Under the pieces are notes generated by a model, which was not told where the DNA came from, did no database searches, and saw only the letters and a list, made by a program, of their open reading frames with translations. 64,000 nucleotides of DNA from Laetmonice hystrix (lineage: Eukaryota): positions 6,944,001 through 7,008,000 of the forward strand of contig OZ249437.1 in assembly GCA_965235115.1 (NCBI GenBank). Direction: 5' to 3'. This document shows positions 1-12,775 of this stretch, one piece after another (position 1 is the first letter of the stretch; every line of letters starts with the position of its first letter). A program made the position numbers and the translations under genes.

Positions 1-130
1 ATTGATCCGTATGATTCCAGTCGGGTGCCATACAATTTTCTCTTTCTGGACATTCTGAATGTGAGCGGAGTTACGCATGATGCCCGTGCACAGCATACCC
101 TATATCCTCAAAAGTAACTCACTCACTCAT
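1..130 (+). mobile_element. SINE 3' portion with (ACTC)n tail, cut by the window edge; same family as 36640-36850
   Basis: gattccagtcgggtgccatacaattttct...gagcggagttacgcatgatgcccgtgcac aligns with gattccaatagggtgctatccaatgttct...gaacggagtttcacctgatgctcgggcac at about 36713-36793. Tail actcactcactc. Confidence 0.7.
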
Positions 131-3100
131 TCTGTCATGGCCGGAACTTACTGTAATTACTGTACCCCAATAAAACTGTCAGTCAGTTTTACCGTTTTGT
201 ACAGAGCTTGGAGCTTGCAATATTAAACACCAAGATTGTTTCGGAGTTTCGGTTATCTGTTACAACCGTAGAACTATATTTGTGAATTCAAAGAGAAAGT
301 TGATTGACATTAATATAAACTATGCAGTGTATGCCTGACAACAATCTAACACTGAGAGTAACATTAGTAGTGAAACACTGATGAGTATTGGTTTGTACTT
401 TCGGTTCCTGAAATACTTATAATATATTCGACACTTTCTGGAAGTGTAAAATATGTAGTCAGAAACTGAAATGTAACGTAAAGTTATACCTTAGAGACAA
501 GGAAAATAGTGAGAATGAAAATAACTTCGTCTTGCACTGATGTAACGTGTAACGAGCGTAAAATATTAAAACATTACGATCGCATTTTTCTCTCCATGGT
601 GTTGCAGATACTGTGAGGACATTGTTTTGTTAGGTGCAGATATGCCAAATCAGTCTAGTTACAAAACTATTACAAAAAAGGTATCTTCATGCCCATAAAT
701 CCATGTATGCTGTATTCTTTAACTGAGCACATGAACAATGGGCCTACAGTTATTATGTAAATTTATAGTCTCATATTAATAGGAGTTCTCACATTATAAC
801 CTTAGAGAATATTATACTAGTCGTATACGTCTACTTCCGGGAGAGTATTGCCAATCTAATTCGTATAGGTAATCGAAGCCACTCGTGGTGCTTCGTTGTC
901 GTCAACAGAGCCATATACACAATGCTAACAGTTGAACATATACTCTCCAATTAGAAAGCAAGTCTCTCAGTAGTCGCTCTTGTGTCGGGGAAATGTCACG
1001 TATATTTACCTTCTTTGAACACGGCTATATCACGCAACGTCGTGGCTGGTATACGGCTAGTCATGAAAAGAAACGTGTTGTGACTTCAGAGGCCGTAGCG
1101 CTCTGCTGACGTCCTTGGCGACGGAGATCGCCACGGGGATGACACCCCCTTGGCTTTCACTCTTTCTTCTGTGACCTTCAACCGTGGGTGTACGACAGGA
1201 AAACGTGGGATGGCATTACCTACGTTTGTTCTAGTGGCAGGTCATCTCACTAAGGTTTTAATAGAGCTGATCACGATGACAACAGAGATGACGGGGATAT
1301 CCTTGTCCAGCGATGGCTGCGTGAGGTATCTGGCACTCCACCGTGTATAGACACGGTCAGATGGGCAACCACGCCATCGGGAAAGAAAAAAGAAAGGGCA
1401 CACACGAGATAGCATCAGAAGGAGTCTCCCCGACGTGACTACAGCTTTGTGTACTGTTTATAAGGCTTATCTCTTCCTTGCTATACATCTTGTGTTCTTC
1501 CGCGGTTACTTAGTGTTTCTATCTCCCGATACATTCTCTTCCGGATTCGAATGATGCAACAGCAATGTTTTATAGAGCCAGCCATGCCACTTACTGTGTT
1601 GAAATTAGCGACAGCACAGATGTACAGAGAGGGGTACGTTTTTTGACTTAATTCGATTAACATCCGATTTCGTTTGCCTTCGACTTCCTGCTGAGGACAG
1701 CAATGACTTTGATCTGTTAGTCCTATCTTGCAGCTTGTCGTTCTACCCGGCGGTTTAGGATTTCAAATAAGATATCGCATTTGGCAAAGCATCAGAAATA
1801 ACCCTCCTGGCAACCAAGGAAAAAAATATTGATTTGTCATCATAGTTACGACGCACTTCCAAAAGATGTCGCCAAATGGGATTTTCCGGTAAGGCTTGCC
1901 TCATAGGGCCAACTACCACTAAGGCATTACCTTCAAAAGAATATGCGAGGAAGTGTACTGGGAAAGAAATATGGCACAAGCAACACATCTCTGCGTGTCA
2001 AACATAGAGCCTCGTTTATATTATACACAAGTACGACGCCTTTGAAAACAAACTGTCACGTTCACTTAATACTCTTATTTAACAGATTAGAATAATTAGC
2101 CGTTCTTCCCCTAAAGTACACTGGAATTTATATGCCCCAATTGTGGCCTTCCATATAAACGGGCACGCCCGGGCTCCGGACGAGAGATGAAAGTGATGAT
2201 GCCGTCTCCGTTTGGGGGTGGGGGTGGGGGGGGGGGGGTGCCGTGAGGCAGATGTACCTCTTCAACTGGCCCGGGGCGACATCCCAGCCTCACATGTGGC
2301 GTGCATCAGCTTCATCAGTGATGCACACCCTCCTGTCCTGATGACCGATACCGTCATCGCCCTTTAAGAGCGCGCGGCTTATCGACTCTTAAGGCACACT
2401 GCGGATATATGGTGCTTGGAAAGCAGCTGTCAAACTGCGGAGGCGTCCTGAAATTCATGGCGCGCACTATGCAATCTTGATTTGTATAGATGTCTTACGT
2501 TAGTCGGAGGGCAAGGGGTCCGTCTGGAGGCTTTCAAAGGAGCTTTTTCTCCTTCAGATTGTCCGGAAAGATTCATGACAAATGACAACACAGCGGAGGG
2601 GGTGGGATGAGCTCATTTGGAATGAGAAATCCACTGAAGTTCTGTACATGGTATTGTTATTTGAATTGACAGCGCCTTTTAAAAGACACAACTGGTGTTA
2701 TAGTTGTTTTAATGACGAACAAACAAAATACATCACACTCTTTTCCAAAGTGCAGGCATGCTAATGATTGGCATTTTGTCGTTGGGTGATCATTGCAATA
2801 TGTCTACGTGTGTCATCTGATTCATCCAGGCGTGGTCCATTTAGGACATCACGCCTGGTACTCTCACCGGAATAATCGTAGCGGCGACTCGGCAAGAATG
2901 TCGCCACGTCATAGACAGGCGGCAATCGTAATTAAATGTAACAATTCATGACGACCGACTGCCTCATGCTCGTGGTGCTGCAGACAGATTAGACACTAAT
3001 AATGCATCCGGGTCAAAGGTTGTTCCCGTATTTGCCCGCGCTTCGCGTTAGAAAGCGTGGCCTGGGTCGGCACGGATTAAATAAACGACGTGAATATTAA

Positions 3101-6100
3101 CTGTAGCAGATAAACTGATTCTGGCGAACGCTGCGTCGTCACGTACTCGGCCCTCGGGGGCCGAAACGATGCGACCAGAAATCTTATCGAGTTGTCAACA
3201 ATCCTGCCGAACGGATATTGTCGGCGCTTGGTAAATACTACGTGTTACTCTTTTATTATTTTCTTCTTCAAATTTAATTTTATATTATTTCGTGTTTGTG
3301 TGTTTCTTTATTTCTCGCGAATGGACACAGTCGCCTTAAGAAGAGAAATAAAACTCGCTGAGAAGTGATTCACTAAGAGACAGACAGAGCTCATTAAGAT
3401 TACGGGGAAGGATGCGAGCCTTCTTAACATTTAGAAAGAGAGAGAGAAAAAATCCATTTTGGAATTTCATACGTGAAGGGCCATGCTGCTGATGTGGTGC
3501 ACTATTGAAGAACAATTTCTGTAGGCGAGGCCGGTTATTTTCAGCAAGAATTGCGGACGGTACCGTGGCCGTTTTAAGAGCAATCGATGTTAGACGTTAT
3601 TAATTAAAAGTCTACGGTTAAAGTGGCGCAGGTTTGTCGAGGTAGAAGTGGGCCTTGCGGCTGTAGGATTTTACGGTACGCAATCTTAGAAGCGAAACAT
3701 TTCAGTAATGCGTGTACGATGCAGGTGTATCTTGTGTATCAAATCAAAACCGGGAATCCGGCATTAGAAACTCAATTAAGCGAAGAAAAACCTCCCATGG
3801 AGTCGTGTTCTTCACTAGTGTTAGGCACGATATGGATGTTACAAAAGGGAAAGCCCGTATTTTCAACGAAGCACACATCTGTCTAATTAAAATGGATGTC
3901 GATACCTCTTAATCGATAAATTCTCGGCCCACAAAACAGTCTCCAACGGTGCTCTCAGTTTCATATTGTTTCCTTGCTAGCAGTATCAAGTGACATGTAT
4001 GTCTCTTCATTAATGAAAGAGGTGGGTATAATTAGTTACCACCAACTGTTAGATTTTAACAAGATTACATCGTCCGGGGATGTTGCAAAACAGTTTATTC
4101 CGTGTCAATATGAGCACATCAATATGATATATGCGAAAACGGAATCGTGATACAAGGAATCGTTGATTTGCACTTTCCTCCTCCTTTTTTACCGAATCCA
4201 AAAGAATCCAATATAATTACCTTTTCAAATTTGTCTCATCATTAGAAAAAGCTGGGTCTGTATATTTCTACATTATTAGTTGGAAAGGTCAACCTGGATG
4301 CATGACAGGAACGGATATAATCGAAAGCCAACTATTATCTAATTAAGAAAATATATTTTCGTTATCAAACTGTTGTTTCTATTTCAGGGAGGCGAGTGTG
4401 TCTATACATAAAGATAGCGGTCATAATGTGTCATCATGTCATAATGCCACATTCCGAAGCGAGACATGGTGTTGGTGAGTCAGGAAGAAGGTGGTGTTAA
4501 TTGTGTGATTAAGTAGGCGGACCTGTGGCTGTCACTCCGGGCAGGTAACGTGTTGATATGACCACGCTCTCGAGCTCGAAGGTAATCAACATTTTGACTC
4601 CATAGATTAAACTGCGTCCTTTCATCGAGTCATTTATGGAACCTTTGCGACTCCTCCACCAAAGTGGCCAGCAGTGGCATAATACCTTATATTAAGACGG
4701 TCGACTGTGTGAAAAACTTGAATACTTGATGAGAGTTAATGGCTACCTTTCATACAGGAAAATAAACAATAATTATTCCGAACTCTTGGAAACGTTAATC
4801 GCCTGGAGGCTGACACGTCATTTGGGCGAAGAAACAGCTAGATTGTGGTGTCAGTTGAATAATGAAATCGAAGTACTCCTGAAGGATTTCCAAAAGTATT
4901 AAAGGACTACAATCTGGTATTGAACTATTTATCATTCACACGGCCTTTATCCAAACATTGCAGATGACCTGCCAAAGCCAATCTTTGGACACATTGCAAC
5001 TTTCGGCGCCATGACTATAGCGCCCTATGAACTGATAATAATTAGCGAAACGCTTCAGTAAGAGGGAGAAGCTTTCATCTTTGACTGGGTAAAATTGTTT
5101 GCCATTTGTTTCCAAACCTGCCGTCATACGCAAGATATTTCTTTTCTAGAAACTTAGGCGACCAGTTGCATACTTTGGCATTTTTAAGATGTGTGATTTG
5201 AAGACTCCCAAAGGTTGGATTCAGACTTGAAGAAACCTTTTACTCCTATCCTGATCTCAAGATTGATTATTGAGGTTGACAACGTTAAAATAGTGAAATC
5301 CCCGTGCGTGTCCTCAGAAAATTCTAGATTAAAAAAGGACCTACAATTTAAGTGTACGAAAATCAAATGTATCAATGCATGCATCAAGTGAAAATCGTGA
5401 CATTAGAGAGTTTGCATTCAACAGACACCAACATTTAATCAATATTCAAGAAATCTAAAATTAGCTAAATAGTTGAGAAAGTGTGCAAGCAGGCATTCTG
5501 TATTATGTATGTATGATCTCTGTATGTATGGGCAGGAGTGGCCGCGTAAAGTCCTATTGACGTTACAAAGCGATGTTGAATAAGCACTCACCACGTTCAA
5601 AAGTACCGAGGGAACCTTGAGTTAAGTCTCATTAAAAATGATCCGCTGGTCGCGAACTCCATGGGGTCTATCGACTACAGGAGATCAAACGTGTTATAAC
5701 CTTTGTTTAAAAATTCATATTTTAAACTAACAAAGTTGGGATGTTGTCGATAATATTGACTTCAAGTTAAGCTCATCGATAAATCTGTGCATTATTTTAG
5801 TAAGATTTCATCGTTTGGTGAGCTACGCTTCGACCATGATCCTGGATATTCATGGATAAAACGTGCCTGCAATCTATGTACGTGCGTGTGACGTTAATAC
5901 ATTCAATCAGTGTCCGGTTTATCTATGGTCCGAGTTATTAAAGTATATTACACTGATATTTGAGGACGTAACGTTTCAAAGAGAAACAAAATACGATTGC
6001 GTGTATTGTGTAGTGCTTAGGGGATCTTTCTCTCCACGCTTCCCTCGCTTTGAGCCTTTTACAGGTTACCGTGTGGAGCTATGCATCGTTATGATAAAAT

Positions 6101-6727
6101 TACTATTGCATGCCCAGGGCTTGCTGCCCTTGTTTCAACGACCATGTGTCATTCTTAGTGCAGCCATTCATGATATAGCGAGCATGTGTCACCTCCCTCA
6201 GCCAACAAATCTATAGGTGTATGGATTCTGAGACATTCAGATCATCTTGATTGTGCTGCCACGTAACAGACAGGTAACATTTCTTTCTGGTGTTGTGTGT
6301 GTGAAGCCACCCCCATTTGTTCCTTGAGAAATAGGTTAAGACCTATTCAAGAGGTGGCAAATTGGTTAAATGTAATTACAAGGCAATTAAAGCCTTGGGG
6401 TGAAATATTGTCCGACACTTTTAAGTCATCAACCATAAAACATGTTTCTTTCGTTTATTTTTTTCTCCCTCTTATTTTTATATTTATTTTGCGTAGCGTC
6501 TCCACCTTTTTCCTTTTCTTTTCACCGTATTGCTTGAAAAATACTCCCCAGGCAGACAACTGACGAGATGCTCAGATGTTTTTAGGAAACCTAGGTAGAA
6601 AGAGCGAATTGCTTCCTGCATTTACTTTTATGTTTTTGTCACTTCATTGAACTGTCCACCTCAGTCGAATTACGTTAAATGTCCCAACCGCTCATCACAG
6701 CACTCCACTGGTGCCAATCTAAAGTCA

Positions 6728-6808
6728 GTCTGTGTCTGTCTGTCTGCCCCCCTCTCTCTCTCTCGGTCTCTCTCTCTCTCTCTGTCTCTCTGTCTCTCTC
6801 TCTCTCTC
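6728..6808. repeat. (CT)n/(CTGT)n microsatellite
   Basis: Direct inspection. Confidence 0.95.
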
Positions 6809-9800
6809 GTACTTCTTACAGTCTATTTTTATCCATTTGTTACCCCTTATTGCCAACTGTCTGCATGTTCATGTCCACCCCCTATCTCCTTAACACTGGT
6901 CCAACTCGGAACCCTTCCCTAATTACCCCTTCTTTTCCCACCCTCTCCCATATCGTCGTTTTTCATAAAAGGTATCTGCCCCGAGGGAGATATGCTATGA
7001 TATCTGGCCTGATCTGATCATTGCGCATCTTGAATAATACATTTTACCGTTCGTCCTCAGAGGGACTGTGTGAACTAGTGCAGGTGACACGATGCTAGCA
7101 GCGAAAAGACCCTGGGGTCAGTCAGTGTATTAATATGGAAACATCAAACGGCCACGTGTTTGAACATGGGCACAGCAACGAATGGACGTGTGCGGCACCC
7201 CTGCTGCTTGCACGGACACCGTTATTACCGTTCTTTCCCTCTTTTTTCCTTCATGGGGTCAAAGTGTTCCCTCTTTTTTCCTCCATGGGGTTAAAGTGTG
7301 GCACCTTTAATATGACGAAATACATACCGTGTGTTTACATGGATGGCTCTCGGTGTGTAGGCTTGTCTAGGGTGGTGTACATGTGTACATGCATGCATTG
7401 TGACATTTTGATATGAAAATAATAACAAAGGTATTATTATTTATTTTTGAAAAACAAATTTGACGGCCTATATGCTGGTGGGCACTTCAAAGGGTTTCTC
7501 GGTTTCAATGCCCATGCAGAAACACAGGCATCACAGAACCTAGTTTTTATTCTTTTTATCATATACATGAAACGTACAAACATATCAAAGGAAGAAAACA
7601 GCTGGCTATACAACGACCCCCAGACCAGCTCCTTAGTATGGGAATGGTGCCACTCAGCCATTTCTATTCAGTTTCTGTATTACCTATCGATTATCGTTGA
7701 CGGATGCGATATCAACGCACAGTGATTACAGCGCCGCGTGCCAAAACGCATCTTGGTCGGAATGGGCGACAGAGATTGCGAACGTCTTACGATAATCCCG
7801 CCCTCTATCGGCAAGTCACGGAAAATCATGCAATAAGAATGAGAGGGTCGAGAGAGGCCCCATACGAACTTCATAAATTTGGTGCTGTACAAAAAGGTAA
7901 TCCTTGGCGCGCACGGTCAGCGGACACCTCATTAGGGCGTCTATTATGTCGGGTCGAAAGACGATCTAGGGCAAAGAAAACGTCGGGACCATAGGGTCTC
8001 CATAGCGATCCCTGGCAACGCGTAGGAAAATGAATCCTAGCTTAGGCAAACAGTACCCCCGCCCTCTCTTCCCGAAACTCGGCTCAGGCGATCATTTCTC
8101 AGGGGAACTGCGCTCATCACGTTTATAACCAATGGACACACACGTGCGACTGTTCGTGCGGCTTGGGATATATTGGACCCGTCACTCAGCGCTGTCTGAA
8201 ATCAAAACAGTAAAAATATTTGCAGTTGCGCGAAGTTGATCGAGTTAGGACAGCGCCAACCCCACGGCCCGGTGAAAGAGACTGTGACCAAATTTCCGGA
8301 CTCGTGTTTCCGTGTCGTTTCGAGACGCCAGCGTGGCCCCAGTGTCGGTGATACTGTTGACGTGCCTGCCAAACCTTGGCATCGGCCAATCTGGCGGAAC
8401 TGTTTGACTATATAACACTGCCCATTGCCAACGTCACACCGCCTAATTCTGACGGAATAATTCATCGCACTTGCCCATTCAACCTGCCGGTCGCGCAGAC
8501 GTCGCCGAGCCTGTTCAGTAACGCTAACCAAATCACCACCCCTCCCACACCCCACCCCACCCACACCGCCCTTTCTTTCCTCCACCTCAACCAGTCGACA
8601 GGTCTTTATTAAGAGATGTACAGTTTATATATAGAGTGACCTAGCCTATACGCCATTCAATGCACGATGTTTGTCCATCAAAACACGTCTTTTATGTTGC
8701 CAATATCGCCAGCTGGAGGGGGTTTCTTTGAAGGGAGCGACGATGAAGGCCTTGGGCGAGGTCAATGTTATTTGCATGCCTGCCGTATGCAAGTTTGGCT
8801 GGGAGCTGTTACCACGAGTGTCGTTTGCCTTCCTTTCATGGCTGTATCGCCGGGTAGGATTTAATATGTCATAATAGGAACTAATAACTCACTACCGGTA
8901 CACCCACCCATCCACCCACCCACCGCTTACAACCATCACGTGGTGTCTCTAGTCCAACCGTCTGAGAGTAGCGCTCACACTCACACCCAGCACGTGGACC
9001 CGCATCCTGTCAGACGTCGCTGCACGCACTGAGCACGGTTCACTGTTTGCCCCCCTAGCGATAACCCACAGAACCCAGTTTGAACTTCGCAATGACACAT
9101 TAGGTCGGGATTACCAAACCATCTGCGCATAGAACTACTTTCTTCCGACGTCTACCAAAGCACCACACTGTACGCTTACTCACGCGGCCTGTGCAGATAT
9201 CAATCTAGTTCAAACGCCCTCTACCGTGCACTTTGGATATTACTCTTCATCCTTGCTGAAAACTGCCCGATCTCTTGGCATCGTCCAGGGCGTCGTCACT
9301 CGCAGGTATGTTAGCATTTCTTTTTATCACTGGTGAGAACAAACAGAAGCGAGACGTAGCAATCGGCAGTTCATGCCAAGGCTATCGCTATAAGACGGAC
9401 AGTCCGTGGTATTATTGGGGGAAGGGTTGTAACGCCGCGGCCGCACTCATCTCCTCCGTCAGCACCCGGTCATGATGAATTGGGCCGGAAATAGATATTT
9501 TAATGTCTTTCTTGCCCAAATTGGATTCTTTATGTAAATTAGTCGGCAATGTTTCTCCGTGCGCAAACTTGACAACGTTTCTTATATTTGTTTGCGACTG
9601 TTAACTACCTAGAAAACCGTATGGAAGTCTTAGAAGGTAATGGCACTGCTTCCGCAACATTCCAGAACAACTAGTTGGCGCCGGCGCCGCAGTATCTTTC
9701 GAAAAAATCCATTTAGAGAACAATTTTTACAAGCAAACAAAAACAAGGGAGCAAACTTATGAACACACTTTCAGGTAAGTAGTATGAATAAAGTGTCTAA

Positions 9801-11928
9801 CATTCTGAGGAAGTCGATCTCGGAAGGTTGGGGGATGCGTGTATTTACAACCTTTGTATCACACCGTGTATTGCCATGAGAATTCACTTTGCCCTAGCAT
9901 GAACAAACTTGGAGGAGTATGTGTATAACCTACCCTCGATACGCGTCATTGAGATAAAGAAAGGGGTTCCATGACGCGGAATTGTCAGGTTAATGATATC
10001 AGAGGCACTCCATCCGGATCAGTTGTCACTAAATAAGAAATGAAGAGTTACATGTCTGACTGCTGACAGCAACACGACAAAGATCCTTTGTGCTGGAACC
10101 CCACTGATATGAAGGTGAGTTATCAATGGGGGACAAGGCAAGAAAGACAAAAACATAGCATCACCATTCCGGTAGGGAGTGCCATAGTCAGATATCTCAA
10201 ACGGCATATTCCCGGTTCGACTCAGGTGGCAAAGGAGGAATTGACTTTTCATTACGAGATAGGTGGGCATGGGCATCAAGATGGACTGCTGTCTATCAGA
10301 ACCAAGGCGTAATCCTGCAGGCTTAGTGTCGCCACTGGTGCCCCCAGACACTGACACTGTCGCCCCCCCCCCCTCCCCTCACCCAGGATTTACCCACTGG
10401 TCGATCTCACCCTAACCCGTAACGACCAGTCATCTATAACCAGCACCTTATTTCCCATTATGTGTTGCATGATGGGAACTAGAAGGAGGTTTATGGTGCA
10501 GTGAAAGTATTAATGTCTGCCGAAATCAAGTCGCTGATCGACTAATTCATTTGAAGGGATGTCTGATTGAGTAAACCATTCTTGTCAGATTATACCATAT
10601 CCACAGGGAAATCCACTTATCACTCATTTAGAAGAACTAAATCCAAGTAACTGTAGGCGAATTGACTTCGGCAAGGAGTGCCTTGTGTGCAAAATATAAT
10701 AAAACTGTCCGAAGTTACCCCAGAGACGTTAGTTTAGGAGACCCTAGGTACGACACAAGTAATCGGATAAGATGGTTTGCATACAATAAATTAAAATAAC
10801 TTTAGATTGCGTAAGGAAACAGCGGCGTAATTTATTTTTCCTTTTTAACTCTTTATTTCCCAACAATGGGGAAAAGGGGCAACAATGAAAGAAAAAGGAA
10901 ACAACATAATAGTTATTTATAGTGTTATATCTTTTTATTTAGTAATTATGTTAGGTATTAATTAATTAATTATTTATTTATTTGTTTAAAGTTCATATTA
11001 TTCTGTGCGCTGCACCGTTATCAGGGGTCGGACCTTGTTATCGCATGAGCAAACCCGTGGCACATAAAAATCCTGTCTTTTCTAATGTCAGTCAACAGTA
11101 ATAAAAAGGGGCGAAACTTCAACAAGGACACTTATCATATTAGGCGCCTTGAAACGAACGGCATTTCATAGTGTTTTGCCCCCTTTTTAAAGATAAATTC
11201 TTTTTGCCCCAGCTTTTAATATTTGACATGACTTCTAATACCCTCCAATTGGTCAGCCAGAGTTTATGCTAAAACCCGTAACCCGGGCTTTCCATTGAAA
11301 GCATGCGTATACACCCCGTTCAAACTCCATGTCTTCCTAATAGCGCAGTAAATTTTCAAGATACCTGCTGTCAAAGGATATAAAAGTTTGCCGTCATGCA
11401 CCTGTCACTATGCACGACACTATGTCACTATGTCATAAAGCATACCGGTAATGATGGCCCTCTGTCTATCAAGGGAACAATGCATGTCCGCTTAATACGG
11501 ATCTGTGACTTTTATACGTTATCCATGAAATACAACTTCTTTATAAACATCACAATCATCCTCAAACTGAGGAAACCCTTATTGTATACTAACTTAACGA
11601 CGAAACTATCGAAATTAACCGACCTCTATACAAGAAAGTCAATACAAGTGGGTTTGATTTAAACCGAGGTGGAATCATGACTGGCCAAATCAAACAGAGA
11701 GGATTCTACCTGGTGACCGAGATTCGGTTTCAAACGGAGATCAGGACACATTCACTGCAAGTTGTGTCGGGTATCGTCAAAGGAAGTTGGAACCATGATA
11801 TAATGACAACATTCTGTGACTACATCCCTTATGGATCACATGACACCATCAGGCAGTCACCAACCTTTGACATCATGACACACATTCACAATGGTGCACG
11901 TCATCGTAATACGTCATTCAACCCAGGA

Positions 11929-12775
11929 TAGTGTGTGGTATTCGGTCAAACCCAACCAGTCTGGCAGAGTGTGGTACTCGGTAAAACCCAACCAGTCTGG
12001 CAGAGTGTGGTACTCTGTAAAACCCAACCAGTCTGGCAGAGTGTGGTACTCGGTAAAACCCAACCAGTCTGGCAGAGTGTGGTACTCGGTCAAACCCAAC
12101 CAGTCTGGCAGAGTGTGGTACTCGTTAAAACCCAACCAGTCTGGCAGAGTGTGGTACTCGGTAAAACCCAACCAGTCTGGCAGAGTGTGGTACTCGGTAA
12201 AACCCAACCGGCAGTGTGTGGTACTCGGTAAAACCCAACCAGTCTGGCGGAGTGTGGTACTCGGTAAAACCCAACCGGCAGAGTGTGGCACTCGGTAAAA
12301 CCCAACCAGTCTGGCGGAGTGTGGTACTCGGTAAAACCCAACCAGTCTGGCAGAGTGTGGTACTCGGTAAAACCCAACCAGTCTGGCAGAGTGTGGCACT
12401 CGGTAAAACCCAACCAGTCTGGCAGAGTGTGGTACTCGGTAAAACCCAACCGGCAGAGTGTGGCACTCGGTAAAACCCAACCAGTCTGGCAGAGTGTGGC
12501 ACTCGGTAAAACCCAACCAGTCTGGCAGAGTGTGGTACTCGGTAAAACCCAACCGGCAGAGTGTGGCACTCGGTAAAACCCAACCAGTCTGGCAGAGTGT
12601 GGCACTCGGTAAAACCCAACCAGTCTGGCAGAGTGTGGCACTCGGTAAAACCCAACCAGTCTGGCAGAGTGTGGTACTCGTTAAAACCCAACCAGTCTGG
12701 CAGAGTGTGGTACTCGGTAAAACCCAACCAGTCTGGCAGAGTGTGGTACTCGTTAAAACCCAACCAGTCTGGCAG
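11929..12775. repeat. Minisatellite, 36-bp unit (cggtaaaacccaaccagtctggcagagtgtggtact) with four 29-bp deletion variants, about 24 copies
   Basis: Direct inspection. Explains the cluster of repetitive ORFs. Confidence 0.98.

Noticed and set aside
370-420. CTGATGA hammerhead-core candidates here and at about 2338, 23268 and 62540
   Set aside because: None is followed by a stem II and GAAA in the required order.
800-960. Possible degenerate inverted-ended element (agagaatattata ... catatactctcc)
   Set aside because: The terminal match is too short, and I could not define a TSD.
9200-9305. Signal-peptide-like frame (LWILLFILAENC) before a splice donor
   Set aside because: No in-frame ATG after the upstream stop, and the donor is phase 0 in that frame.
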